Source of the DNA: Octopus sinensis
Lineage: Eukaryota
Direction of reading: 5' to 3'
NCBI RefSeq assembly: GCF_006345805.1
Contig: NC_043000.1
Coordinates: 142,538,001-142,602,000, forward strand
DNA length: 64,000 nt
Under the pieces are notes generated by a model, which had not been told where the DNA came from, did no database searches, and worked only from the letters and a program-made list of their open reading frames with translations. The position numbers were made by a program, and so were the translations under genes. Below, piece after piece: positions 50,498-63,959 of this stretch. How positions within the stretch are numbered: the stretch's first letter is position 1; each line of letters opens with the position of its first letter.

Positions 50498-50692
50498 TTT
50501 ATGTGTGTATTCGTCTATTGAAGTTTTCATTCATTGAATGTGCTCTGCCACAACTCAACTTAGACTGTGACGAACGTCTGATAGTAATAAGGAAACAAAA
50601 TTTATAATATATACATATAGAAACATATCTAATCTTCTGTTTACTTACCCACCTGGTGGACAAGAATCCACCCTGTGAATACATAATAAAAT

Positions 50693-51081
50693 GGATGGAA
50701 GCACTCCATCGGTTACGACGATGAGGGTTCCCGTTGATCCGAATCAACGGAACAGCCTGCTCGTGAAATTAACATGTAAGTGGCTGAGCACTCCACAGAC
50801 ACGTGCACCCTTAACGTAGTTCTCGGTGATATTCAGCGTGACACAGTGAGTGACAAGGCCGGCCCCTTGAAATGCAGGTACAGCAGAAACAGGAAGTAAG
50901 AGTGAAAGATATTTGTGGTGAAAGAGTACAGCAGGGATGACCACCATCCCCTGCCGGAGCAACGTGGAGCTTTTAGGTGTTTTCACTCAATAAGCACTCA
51001 AAACGCCCGGTCTGGGAATCGAAACCGCGATCCTATGACCGCGAGTCCGCTGCCCTATCCACTGGGCCATTGCGCTTCTAC
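50693..51081 (-). mobile_element. SINE-C (C1) with 12-bp TSD
   Basis: TSD ACATAATAAAAT at 50681-50692 and 51082-51093. Confidence 0.9.
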
Positions 51082-51572
51082 ACATAATAAAATACACAAA
51101 CCAGGAATCGAAGAAAGGTGAAACAAATACATATGAAGATGAAAATAATTCTTTGAATATCTTTACGCAACAAATTTTATTAAAATTTAAGTCTTTATTA
51201 TGCTATATTTTGTGAAGATTAAAAAAATTTCTTATTCTAATATTCACTCTGTTCTTTTTTATTTATTTTTTTTTGCTCTGCGTTCATATCACGAGATTCG
51301 ATGTAGGTCACTACATAGCTCTAATAAACTTATTGAGAAAAAATTTCAGAAAGAGGTCAATTTGGATTAAAATGATAGAAAAGTAATGATATATGAGAAA
51401 ATTTTTATATATGTCATGAATATATGTCAGCTTCACACATGCGCATACGCAAAGATAATATAATATAGATATAATATATTAATATAATGTAATATATACT
51501 TTTATATATGTATTCTTTTATTTCCTTTCATTTCACTGCGGCCATGCAGTATATATATATATATATATACAT

Positions 51573-51611
<39 letters not shown>

Positions 51612-51650
51612 CATACATATATACATAAGTACAAATATATATATATATAT

Positions 51651-51681
<31 letters not shown>

Positions 51682-51692
51682 GTATATATATA

Positions 51693-51744
<52 letters not shown>

Positions 51745-52179
51745 TATATATATATATGTGTGTATATATATATATATAAAGAAAGAGAGAGAGAATTAGA
51801 CACAGAGAGAAGGGGAGAGAGAAGGGAAGTGAGGAAAGACATAAATTACAAGCAAACACGCACATATATATAGCTTCAACTTTGGTGAGGGCAGGCAAAC
51901 AGATCGAACTGTCTTTTTTTACCTGTCCTTCTAAATATTGTTTCTCCTGTCCGCCTTTGTATCATCTGTCTGTCCGAATGTTATATTATCCTCTATTGCG
52001 TTTTTGTTCCATATGTATATATATATATATATATTCGCACTGAAAGCATATATATATATATGTATATATATTTGTTAACGCTTTTCTTTACGTTCAATAG
52101 TAGTAAAAAATAAATTTGCATTAATCTGACGGGTTACTCAATACGTGTCTACAGTACAAATGTGCAAATTTATCATTCT

Positions 52180-53176
52180 TAAACAGGAATGCAGGGAAAT
52201 ATTAATGCAGGATGTGGGGATCGGATAATAATTGCAAGCCAGTGTCAACGGTGGTTCCAGAAATTCCGAGCCGGAAACTACAACCTAGAAGACGGGCCTC
52301 GTCCTAGAAGATCAGTAGAGGGCGACGAAGACGTCCAGCAAACCTTAGTGGAACAAAATCCCATTGTAACTGTTGAGGAACCAGCAGAGAAGCTTCGATT
52401 TGGTCATTCAACTATTCATGGACACCTGTGTGCTATCGGAAAAGTCAGAAAATTGTGTTAAAGGGTTCCTCACAAACATTCTGAGTCTAATCGCGCGCAG
52501 TCAGTGAGTGTGCTCCTCTTTCCTGTCACGTCTCACAATTGAACATATTTTGGGCCGAACAGTTACTGGGTACGAGAAATGTGTCCTCTATAAAAAATGT
52601 CAATTGCTGAAGACAGTGGGGAAGGAAAGGGGAAAAGCCGATACTCCAGGCTAAAAGAAAGTCTTCACACAGGTAAGGTGTTATCGGTTTGGTGGGATAT
52701 GAAATGTTTAGTCCACTTTCAACTTTTAAGTCCAAGCGAAAGCACGGGGGATTTACTGCGAGCTGCTTGAGCGCTAGAAGGAAAACGACCATGTTTGGTT
52801 CCAAGACGAAGGTGCTCTTCCATCAGGATAATGCTCGGCCACATACAGCTTGGATGACATTCCAAAGGCTTGAACAGGTTGAGGGAAATGATGCCAAACC
52901 CATCGTATTCGCCTGACGTTGTCCCATCTGATTATCATTCCTTTCACTGTCTTCAAAATCGTTTGGACGGAAAAAATATGAATTTTGTAGAAGAGGCCAG
53001 AACAGTACTGGAGGAGTATGTATTTATCGTCACGGACAAGTGAATTTTGGAAGATGGAAGAGTATTGTAGAAAATGAATGAGAGTATATTTTTGATTCAA
53101 AGAAAGAACTTTAGCATAATTTTGAAAAATAAAAGAAGTATTAAAAAATCCACATAATTTATGGTATTACCCAATA
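52180..53176 (+). mobile_element. Mariner transposon, decayed, 3' TIR retained
   Basis: WFQKFRAGNYNLED, RVPH, TGYEK, VWWD, FHQDNARPHTA, YSPDVVPSDYH (DD34D-type motifs); ends ...TTACCCAA|TA. Confidence 0.9.
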
Positions 53177-54446
53177 TCTACGTACAATATATATGGTGTA
53201 TGTATAATATATAATATAATATTACATATATATATATATATATGAGTGTGTGTGTGTGTATGTATGTGTGTCTTTATACATAGCTGTGCATAGGAGGTGT
53301 AATAACTCAGTATCCGCATTAATTGTGCTTATATGTAAATATGAGAGTATATACTGAACATTATTACAAATATTAATAAAATAAGATCGAAAGCCCTAAC
53401 CATATAATTCTTTTGTGTACTAATTCCATTTTTACAGCAGACATCTTGGCTTTCTCCTAAAAAAAAAAAATAGAAAAGAAAGCTATATCTTTTCAATGCA
53501 TACATATCATTAACAATGATAATGGTCAGCAAATCATTAGCAATAAAATAAAACTCGTTCCTGTTATACCCTGGTCACGATTTCATAGAGCCAACGGAAG
53601 AAACATTCTACAGTACTTACTGAAGCATAAAACAGTATAAAGAAATGACGAATCTAACAATTTTTTTTATGATATAGGAATTTGCTCCTTTATATTTCTA
53701 TAGCTTTATTATACTGTTTCTTTCTTTTATTTGTCTAATCGTTTTCTTACTACTATTTCTATATCGTCCTTTTATTTCACCTTTCTTCAATTCTGTATTT
53801 TTAGTTGTTTTGATTTTGACATCATTTCACGATCTACTGGGCATCGTAATGGTCTTTATTATTGTCAGTTTGGCTACAAACTGATCGCTAAAAATGACTT
53901 TTTCCCGTTGAAAACATAATGTGGTTTTTTTTTCTTTGGATATTTGGGGAGTTTTATTTTTTTTTAGCATTGTTTTCTTTTTTTCCTTTTCTTTTCTTTT
54001 CTTGTTATTGTTATTTGTCTGTGTGTCTGACTTTTGGATGAAAAATAACTTTCTGATGAAGAAAGAAGAAAGTATTATCACAAGAAAATATCAACTTTTT
54101 AGAATTGAGGAAATTGTGATTTAAAACGAAATACATAATTCTAACATCGGACCACTCATGCGTGCGGAATTCAGCATCATGTATACGTACATACACGCAC
54201 ACTCATACACACACCCACACACACACGCACACACGCACACGCACACGCACACATACAAACACAGAGGCATATTTTATATTTGTATATCTATATTTATATA
54301 TATACAATTTACATATATATCTATATGTGCATATATATATATACATATACTTACATACATGTATATACACATTTACGAATACATGTATATATATATATGC
54401 ACGTTTATATATACATATATATATATATATTGTTTATATGTGACAG

Positions 54447-54502
<56 letters not shown>

Positions 54503-54836
54503 CTACATGTACATATATGTGCGTTTATTCACTTGCATACACATACAACTGTACGCATGCATGTGCTGTGTTTTTATGATGCGTATATCATATTCATAAT
54601 TGTTAATTATCTGTTTATGTACGACAGCTATGATTTCAGCCCTCATTGCCATCTGAAAAATTGTATGATGGGATACTATTTTCCGTATCAGAAGAGAAGT
54701 TAGCGTAACTGTTCATCAAGATTTCGTTGCCAAAAACAAAGCAAATTTCGATGATATATTGCATAGTTTATATATATGTCTATATATGTGTGTACGCTTG
54801 CGCGAGTGTGTTTGTGTGTGTGCATGTATGCATGTG

Positions 54837-54899
<63 letters not shown>

Positions 54900-54902
54900 T
54901 AA

Positions 54903-54947
<45 letters not shown>

Positions 54948-55069
54948 TAGAAAGATAGAGAGAGAGAGATAGAAAGATAGATAGAGAGAGTGACAGAGAG
55001 ATAGAGAGCTAAATAGATAGATAGATAAATGATATATATATATATGCATGTACTATTTATATTATTATT

Positions 55070-55710
55070 TTATTGAACGCCACGTATGCATTTCCAAGTA
55101 AGTTTTTTATCGTTTTGATGCGACTTCAATCCGTACAGTTTTCTCTAATTCCCTTGTTTCCTCCACTTCACCATTTTCTATCCGTCTCTCTCTCCCCTTT
55201 CTCTGTTTCTGTCTCTCTCGTTGCTCTCACGTGACCATCCTCCATCTTTCTCTTCCTCACGTGATCATCTTCCTTTTCTCTCACGTATCCTGTGTCTATA
55301 CAACACGTATCCTGTGTCTATCATATCTTTTCTCGCTTCAAAGAAAATATTTCACCAGCGTTCGCTATTTCTACCCTCGTTCTGGTCTAACGACCCACTT
55401 TGCTTTCGTTCGGTTTTTTTGTTTGTCTCTACTGTCCTGTTTTTGTTCCCAACTTTGACCCGCCATAGGTACCAAATTTTATTTTGGCACGTATGGGAGC
55501 AACTTTCTTCGAATATTCATATTGCCCTTCTATGCTCGAAATGAGGCGTAGATAGACAGCCGACAACTGACGAAGGGTCGTTCTTTATGTTACTTGTCTT
55601 GTTCTCCGTTTTTCTCTCTCGTTGTTTGCGTATTGAACTCATTTGCTTTCGTATTTCATGTTGTTTACTGTTTGGTGACGTCTTGTACTCATATATGAAT
55701 GTATATATAA
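55070..55710 (+). mobile_element. Family E repeat, second copy
   Basis: Collinear with 10460-11160. Confidence 0.75.
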
Positions 55711-55711
55711 A

Positions 55712-55752
<41 letters not shown>

Positions 55753-55845
55753 GTATATATATACATACATATATGCATATATAGATAGATAGACAGACGG
55801 GCAAGCAGGCAAACAGACAGACAGACAGAGGGAGAGAGATCAAGA

Positions 55846-55954
55846 TAACTTAGATGTGTTTTACTCAAAGATTTGTCCAGGCCTTGTCTAACTTATATTA
55901 AGTTAAAGATGGCCTCAACCAATCTTTGATCAGAACATATCTAAGCTAAGTTAC
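55846..55954. repeat. Imperfect ~100-bp palindrome (MITE-like)
   Basis: CTTAGAT/ATCTAAG, TCAAAGATT/AATCTTTGA, AGGCC/GGCCT, TAACTT/AAGTTA; about 39/49 paired. Confidence 0.7.
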
Positions 55955-55959
55955 CTCTA

Positions 55960-56010
<51 letters not shown>

Positions 56011-56020
56011 GTATCTATCT

Positions 56021-56057
<37 letters not shown>

Positions 56058-56080
56058 CTTTCTGTCTGTCTGTCAGTCTG

Positions 56081-56150
<70 letters not shown>

Positions 56151-56151
56151 G

Positions 56152-56182
<31 letters not shown>

Positions 56183-56193
56183 CATCCATCTAC

Positions 56194-56250
<57 letters not shown>
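55960..56250. repeat. (TCTA)n/(TA)n microsatellite
   Basis: Direct inspection. Confidence 0.95.
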
Positions 56251-56261
<11 letters not shown>

Positions 56262-56622
56262 CTGTCTGTCTGTTTGTCTTTCTGTCTTTCTGTCTGTCTG
56301 TGTCTGTGTGCATGCGTGTATGCACGTATACGTGATGTTGAATTCCCCACGCATGAGTGGTCCGATGATAGAATTATGTATTTCGTTTTAAATCACAATT
56401 TCCTCAATTCTAAAGAGTTGATATTTTCTTGTGATAATACTTTCTTCTTCATCAGATTGTTATTTTTCATCTAAAAGTCAGACACACAAACAAATAACGG
56501 ATAAAAGCAGACTTGGTTCAGAACAGCCGTCCGCGTATCTTATTTAACGTCGATATACTGTAAAAATAACTACTACATTGTAGCATTTGAGTTGTTGCTT
56601 TGCAACAGATACATTCAGTCTA

Positions 56623-56857
56623 GAATGCACCCAAGGAAGGCCACTCGACTGACTGGCAATCTATCACTAACGGGCACAATATCTTTTAACAGAGAAAATA
56701 TCTGGCATGTACCATTTGATATCCTTTTTGTTCTAATGTTCTTCAACATCTGTATCTCAATACTAAGCTGCACAGAGAACCGACCTTCTGCTAAGAAATA
56801 TAGTGCCTGTTAGTGTTAGATTGCCAGTCAGTCGAGTGGCCTTTGTTGGATGCATTC
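56623..56857. mobile_element. 235-bp MITE with ~63-bp TIRs and TA flanks
   Basis: GAATGCA.CCAA..AAGGCCACTCGACTGACTGGCAATCTA.CACTAAC.GGCAC at both ends; TA at 56621-22 and 56858-59. Confidence 0.85.
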
Positions 56858-58723
56858 TAGGATGCCTGTATTTGTTGTTGCAGCAATAACTCAAATGTGG
56901 GAGCAGCGTTCCATTTTGGATACCCTTACGCCTTTTAAAATGCCTCCAGAATTCAAAAAGTACAATATTTTCTGGCCTTACTTTAATGGTTTTCCGTTCA
57001 TAATGCTACTGTTATTGCGTAAACACCTCAACAATTAATTCATTCTTTCAGATAGAATATGACTATTTATCTTAATGTATCCTTCCTTTTATCAATCAGA
57101 GTTGATTGAAATTAAGGGAGATTTGGAAACTATTTTCAGCAATTTGAATATCATCGTAGTTGCTCTTATTGATCCATTCTTTCATAGTCGATCTAATCGA
57201 CTGGCACACCCGCAAAATGTGCCTAGAGTAGAAGAGAATATATATGTGTATAAATGTGTGTGTGTGTGTATGTGTGTGTGCGTGTGTCTGTGTGTGTGTG
57301 TGTCTGTGTGTGTGTGTACATGAGAGTAAAGGACGTTTGTATAACTTGGTACTCCTTTATTCTAATTGTTACATATGTTTCAGTATTCGGCAATACATTA
57401 TGGTGAACTTTAGTTAGAAACACTAAAAGCACTCGATATGTTACATCTATAATGGAACGTATTGTATCGCTGGATATTGAAACATATATAACAGTTGGAA
57501 CTAAAGTGTATCTAGTTACACCGAAGTTCTTTTTTCTTATTATTGCTCTACTCCTTCTGTTACATCATTTCATGTTCTCTGATACGGACTATATTTGAGC
57601 GCTAAGGGCGATTAACACGAGACTCGAAACCTGAACGGTCTAATTGCCGAGAGTGAGAGCATCCAGTCATACCTACATATGTACATATATATATATATGT
57701 ATTATTGTGCGTGAATGAATGTACGTACGTACGTACGTATGTATGTTTAAATGTATGTATGTGTGTCGTGGAAAATCACGAGAAAACTAAACAGGCGTAG
57801 CCCCTCTTCTGTAGTTATTTTTGAAGAATAGATCTAATATGTAATGAAATGTCTGCACCGCTGAAATCGCAGTATGCATGTGATGCTGATATTCCCGTGT
57901 AACAATATGCAAAGCATATTAAAATGTAGAAATACAGTGAACAAACCAATGATATATGAAAGATTTGAGTAAATTACCATCTCACAAAGTTAACACGAAA
58001 ATCTGCTAATGTGTTTTTTTCTTGGTAACTAAAGTAGCATAAATCATTGCTTACAATGTGAAATGTTACGTCTTCCAAGATCTAAATATATATTATGGAG
58101 TTGAAATTTCATCCCATGCAGAACCATTCCACTTCATGGTAATGGTATTTTCTCCATTTCAACCTGGCAACCATCATGTGATGTGATGTAGGTCTATTCT
58201 AGCACATGCTTAGAGCTATAGGTGTCATACTCAATAGATTTCTTTTCGTTGAGAATGACCATTACGATAATATTTTGGCAATGAAATCCTATATAATATA
58301 ATATCTTCCAGTTTCACATTAGAAAGCACTTCTTTGCAATGAAAACACAATATATAACTTCAGCTGTTAAATTTTCCACAAACGAAAATTCTGTTCTTCA
58401 AAGCTTTTAGCTAAAAATATAATTATATAACTTCTACGTGATTCTTTTTTAACACAGATAGAAACATAGAAACAAGTGGCTATAAAATCATATATACAAA
58501 TGATGAATGTTTAAACGGCATTCTCTACGGATCCGTTTCTAACCTTTATTCTTCGTGCATGCATATGCATATATATACGTACACACGCACACACACACAT
58601 ATATATATGATATATATATATATATATATATATATACCGACACATACGCACGCACAAACACGCACACACACGCATATACAACCCACATGCATACATGCAT
58701 ACATACTTTCAGATATTTATCTG

Positions 58724-58787
<64 letters not shown>

Positions 58788-59479
58788 AACACATATGTAT
58801 GTGTGTGTGTGATAACATTATCGCTTTTCCTCACCACTCTGGTAAGTTCTGAAAACGAGTAGCGTTACTCTCTTGCCCCTCATAAAAGAAATTATAACTC
58901 GACCACATTTTGTTAACATAGTTATAGTAGTGCCCAAGATCATTTCTTTTACCATTGCTGTGCTCTTTGGATTACAAAGGAAGAGATGGATCGCAGACAT
59001 AGTATTTCTGAGATTTAACCATTGTGTGTGTTCACGAGTGCTCAGTTGGTTACCGTTTAGATGATCTCTTTGTTAAGAGAATGAGATGTATGATGCTTTG
59101 TGTGCTGTATCTGCACTAACCCAGACTTCTGAAATATACCTTCTAATACGGTGTGCTTGTATTTGGTAGCAAGTCGAGGAAATTATTTCGTAACACTTAA
59201 GAGAGATGTTAGTCTTCGTAATGAGCACGGCATGACTCAGTACAAATGAAACTGTTGCATCAATCTTTTCTACTATATTTAAGTTATTGAGAAGTAATAC
59301 TTACATTAAAATAATATTTCAGAAGTATGTCAACGTTTTAACTTTGTGAAAAAGAAAAGCAAATGCACAAAATTTTAATCACTATCCATTTCTTTATATA
59401 ACGATGTTGAAATGTAGCATACAGATTCTGAGATGTTAAATATCATTAAATCTGCATTCGTGTCCATATATACCAAAAT

Positions 59480-60000
59480 ACTTTCAAGATACGATACCCC
59501 GATTATACCAGATCCCCTCTGAGTCAATGAATTTCGCTCTGTGATTCAGATCTTTCAAAAATACAGAGATAGGAGAGACCAGTCTCCCTAATATTACGTA
59601 AGCTTCTATCGTATTCCACAAGAGATACCACGAAATATTGTCTGTGCTCTATGACGACAGTGCCTGCGATGAAACTGGTATGAAACGCTATAGGCCTGAT
59701 TTTGTCTTTCGAACGATACTGAGAGGAAATTTGTATGCATGCACAATTGCTAAGCCTCCACAAAAAGTAAATCCTTGTCGATACTTGTATTTTGCCTTAT
59801 ACTCAGACCGTCGTCTTTGATCTTTCAAAGAACATCCATCAAAGATTGTGGTCGTCGGTTTTTTCTTTAGTTTCACATGGGATCAGTAGTTCCGTAAAAT
59901 TAGTCTTGTTGATGTATCTGAAGATTCTGTGATGATAGTCTACTCTTTGTTTGAATGTATGTATGACCATACCTGATTTTTCACTTGGTTTCTCTTTCAA
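59480..60000 (-). pseudogene. Highly decayed non-LTR reverse transcriptase fragment
   Basis: SIDKDLLFVEA*QLCMHTNFLSV resembles AFDSxDRxLLFxKL; ISCGIR and VSPISVFLKDL resemble the GxRQG...LSPxLF region; many stops. Confidence 0.35.
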
Positions 60001-61315
60001 TTAATTTCAAGTGAAACCGATCTCACAGTCAAGTGTCCAAACTCATTATTAGAACTCATTTGACCATAAGTGAGGATTTATTTGTGGTCCTTCAGAAAAG
60101 CAATAGAAACTAAGTATATTATGGAAATGTGTTGCATGTATAGATCCTCATTGTTAGTGCGATATTTACGTAATTCTTTTAAATCATAGTCGCTGGATCT
60201 TACATATTATCGCTGTAAAACTTTAAGAAGAGATAAATAATTGCTTAGAATATTAAAAATCATTTGATTATTACATCTATTAGATGTCTGGCATGCATGT
60301 CAGACTTCGAGGAAGGTAGGCAAATGCTTATTAAGTTATACAAATAGACAAGCAAACACTCTCTGAAAACCTCAGATAGTCTAATATACAGAGGTATATT
60401 AGAGGTAGACATACAGACATACAGACAGACAGACACACAATAAGTCACAAAGACAAAGTGAAAATAAAAGTTGCAGATTAGGGAAGAACAAAAGTGTTTC
60501 TAGAGCTCCACTGCAGAACTGGTATGGAAGATTCGAGTTCAGAAAATCAAAAACAAACAACATATTTTTCTATTTTTAAAGTCCATATAACAATTTATTT
60601 CCCTAGTTAAAGAGATAACATTACAGAAGTATTCTCTTTTTGCTTTTGCTTTTTTTTCTTTTCTTTTTGTTTCCCAATTATTATTGATAAGCTCCGGCGA
60701 TAGTAAGAGAACTAATTTACTTCTACTTCAATACGAATCAAACGAACATAGTTTCGAGAGGCACTAGAGAATCGGTCTATAACATGTTTCTATGCCATAT
60801 GGAATGATACCAGCATAAGAACTTTTCAGATACCTCAAGCCGTCATTATTATTGGGGAAAAGTATAAAATTAGATTCTGTAAGAGCAAAGGTAGATGATT
60901 TACGACCCGATTTCAATAACAACATGATGATGCCAGGATCTTGATAATGAGAGGGACGACAACGAGGACAATGGCAATAATGTTGATGGTAATAATGATG
61001 ATGATGACGACGATGACGACAACGATCAGGATAATTCCTGAACTTGATTCAACTTATAATATATGTGTGGAAGAGATAATTTCGATTTTATATAAACCGT
61101 CGTTCAATAATGGCACTTATTTTACGAAGGTGGTATAGGGGAAAAGTAAAATCGATGTAATGTAATTCATAAACTGAAAATATTTGCAAATAAATTACAC
61201 CACTGCGTACGAGAACTTACATATGTCACATCTGTTCATTCACTGTTCAATTTAATAATGGTTTCTAATGCAGATCTAAGGCCAGATATTTTGAGGGAAA
61301 TGATTAATCAATATC

Positions 61316-61548
61316 TATTTCTTTACCACCCACAAGGGGCTAAACATAGAGGGGACAAACAAGGATAGACAAACGAATTAAGTCGATTACATCGACCCCA
61401 GTGCGTAACTGGTACTTAATTTATCGACCCCGAAAGGATGAACGGTAAAATCAACCTCGGCGGAATTTGAACTCAGAACGTAACGACAGACGAAATACCG
61501 CTTAGCATTTCGCCCGGCGTCCTTACGTTTCTGCCAGCTCGCCGCCTT
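61316..61548 (-). mobile_element. SINE-B monomer with 15-bp TSD
   Basis: TSD TGATTAATCAATATC at 61301-61315 and 61549-61563. Confidence 0.92.
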
Positions 61549-61569
61549 TGATTAATCAATATCCTTGAC

Positions 61570-61598
61570 TAGCCCCTTGTGGGCAGTAAAGAAATATA
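61570..61598 (+). mobile_element. 29-bp 3' tail of SINE-B (or its partner LINE) with its own 17-bp TSD
   Basis: TAGCCCCTTGTGGGCAGTAAAGAAATATA between TAATCAATATCCTTGAC at 61553-61569 and 61599-61615. Confidence 0.85.
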
Positions 61599-61669
61599 TA
61601 ATCAATATCCTTGACCCCCAAAATTTAGCTGATACTTTATATTATCGATAACGAAATAATGAAATGCAA

Positions 61670-62190
61670 AGTTACCCTCCATGGTATTCGAACTCAGAAT
61701 GTACAATGCCGGAAGAGATGCCGCAAAATATGTCTTCCAAACGTTAGATATTCTACCAGCTACCAAATATGAAATCAATGAATTCTGATTTAGCCACAAA
61801 ACCAGCAACTATGAGCGTAGGGAATTGGCTGATCATCAATTCACTTCTTGACTGGTACTTTATTTTACCGAGCCCAGAAGACAAGCAACGTTGGTTTCGG
61901 TGGGATCTGAACTCAGAAAGTAAAGAGCCTAAAAAATGCTGCAAATCATTTTAACTTCCGTTCAAAAGGATTCTGCCAGCACGCCTCTTTAAATACAGTG
62001 GTTTCGCATTTCGGCACAAGATCAGGATTGTTAGTGGGGGGAAAAGTAAAACGATTACATTGACTCCAGCACTTTACTGGTAATTTATTTTATCGAATCT
62101 GAAATGATGAAGGTAAAGTTGAATTCTGAGGGTTTTGAACTCAGAATGTAGAGAGCAAGAAGAAATATCGCTAATGATTTTTTTAGCCCG
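61670..62190 (-). mobile_element. Several old, diverged SINE-B/B2 remnants
   Basis: Repeated GAACTCAGAA, CTGGTACTTTATTTTA.CGA and CTGCCAGC motifs. Confidence 0.55.
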
Positions 62191-62332
62191 TCTCAAAATT
62201 ATCATTATTATCATTATTATTATTATTGTTGTTGTTGTTGTTTTGTTGTTATTATTACTACTACTATTATCATCATCATCATCATCATCATCATTATTAT
62301 TATTATCATTATTATTATTATTATCATTATTA

Positions 62333-62364
<32 letters not shown>

Positions 62365-62370
<6 letters not shown>

Positions 62371-63430
62371 TCCGCTTTCGCTAATGTGGAGGTATTGTTT
62401 TTCAGTCGTGTTTGTTTATTTGTTTGTTTGACCGTGGACAAGACATCTCAAATACCGCTGGATGGATTCCAATAAAACTTTCAGAGATGTTTCGCCGCGT
62501 GATTAGCACGAACTAATTAGATTTTGGGATCGATTCAGTACCGGATAAGGATTCAGGATTATTTGTTATATTTACTTTACATTACATGAAGTATTACGGT
62601 CTTACGTTTACTTTCAAGTCATTCTCTGATTGTCTCCCTTGAAAGCACGCTCGTGGTTTCCTCGTAAGTTTTGGCGGCTTTGCTGTTTTCAAAGTTTTAT
62701 TTTCGTTTCTCTATTATTAATTTTACTCGCGCCTCCATCTTAGTATAAACTGATGGATAAAAAAATCAAACTATACCAAACAAACGGCAGCAAAACCGTT
62801 CAGAAATTAAATAACACTAACATATTCAGTAACAATAATAGATTTAATTTACCCTCGCGAATTTTTACTTTTACCAATTTTGAATATATCGGTCCTCTAA
62901 AAAACCTTTTACCTACTCTCAAATTGCATTTCTACCTCTGCCTTGAACGAAACTTTACTTCTTGGACTCACGTTTTTGTGCGCAACAATGTTGTTAAACC
63001 TTCTTTAACAGCACTGTATGCAGGTCCTTTCTGTTTTCTTTCCCGCATGGATAAATTTTTCATTATGCACCTTAATGGTCGTAAAGACACTATGTCAGTG
63101 GATAGACTTAAAAAGGCCTTCAGAGAGAAAACTGTCCCTGTTCCCACTACAGACGACACACATGCAGCATTACAAATACGTCCCGCACATCCACCATCAC
63201 ATTTTATGATTACCTTTGGGATCGATCAGATACCGGACAAGGATTCGGAATTATTTTTCCGGCATTTTTTACTTAAGTTTTGAGAGCGGTTGGGTTCATT
63301 TTTAGCATTCTTGTTTGTGAGAGCAGTCGAGTTTATTTCAGATATTCTCATGTTAAAAATCGTCTCCGGTTAATTGAGAGGATGCTGATAGTGCATTAGC
63401 GGAGGTTTGCGACGTCTGAATGCTCTTGTC
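62365..63430 (+). mobile_element. DINE-1/Helentron-like non-autonomous element with a duplicated core and internal cargo
   Basis: 5' ACCTCCGC (62368) with nearby IR GTGGAGGT (62386), (GTTT)n, 3' GCGGAGGT (63399); 42-bp core repeated at 62523 and 63215. Confidence 0.65.
62890..63195 (+). pseudogene. Gypsy integrase C-terminal (GPY/F-like) fragment
   Basis: THVFVRNNVVKPSLTALYAGPF...MHLNGRKDTMSVDRLKKAF in ORF 62753..63283. Confidence 0.8.
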
Positions 63431-63463
63431 GTTGCTGTTATCATTATTATTATTACTATTATG

Positions 63464-63862
63464 AAGGCGGCGAGCTAGCAGAAGCGTTAGCACGCCGGGC
63501 GAAATTCGTAGCCGTATTTCGTCTGCCGTTACGTTCTGAGTTCAAATTCCACCGAGGTCGACTTTGCCTTTCAACCTTTCGGGGTCGATTAAATAAGTAC
63601 CAGTTACGCACAGGGGTAGATATAATCGACTTAATCCGTTTGTCTGTCCTTGTTTGTCCTCTCTGTGTTTAACCCCTTGTGGGTAGTAAAGAAATAGGTA
63701 TTTCGCCTGTCACTACGTTCTGAGTTCAACTGCCCTGAAGGTCGACTTTGCGTTTCATCGTTTCGGGGTCGATAAATTAAGTACCAGTTATTCACTGGAA
63801 TCGATATAGTCGACTTGTCCCCTCCTACAAAATTTGAGACATTGTGCCTTGAGTAGAAGGGA
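63464..63862 (+). mobile_element. SINE-B dimer: first unit with B1 tail, second with B2 tail
   Basis: Junction AAAGAAATA|GGTATTTCG near 63697; second unit ends CCCCTCC...TTGTGCC...AGAAGGGATTATT. Confidence 0.88.
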
Positions 63863-63926
63863 TTATTATCATTGTTGTTGCTGTTCTTGTTTTTTTTATA
63901 ATAGTGAGTTTGATGAAGACGACGAC

Positions 63927-63959
<33 letters not shown>

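Larger units (their letters stand above)
54010..56498. repeat. ~190-bp inverted repeats (54010-54200 and 56305-56498) enclosing ~2.1 kb
   Basis: About 10 substitutions plus one 4-nt indel between the arms by eye. Confidence 0.95.

Noticed and set aside
54054-54135. CTGATGAAG...CGAAAT inside the long inverted-repeat arm
   Set aside because: The intervening A-rich sequence forms no stem II or III.
59125-59326. 13-bp inverted repeat ACTTCTGAAATAT
   Set aside because: AT-rich, short, with no TSD or extension; compatible with chance.
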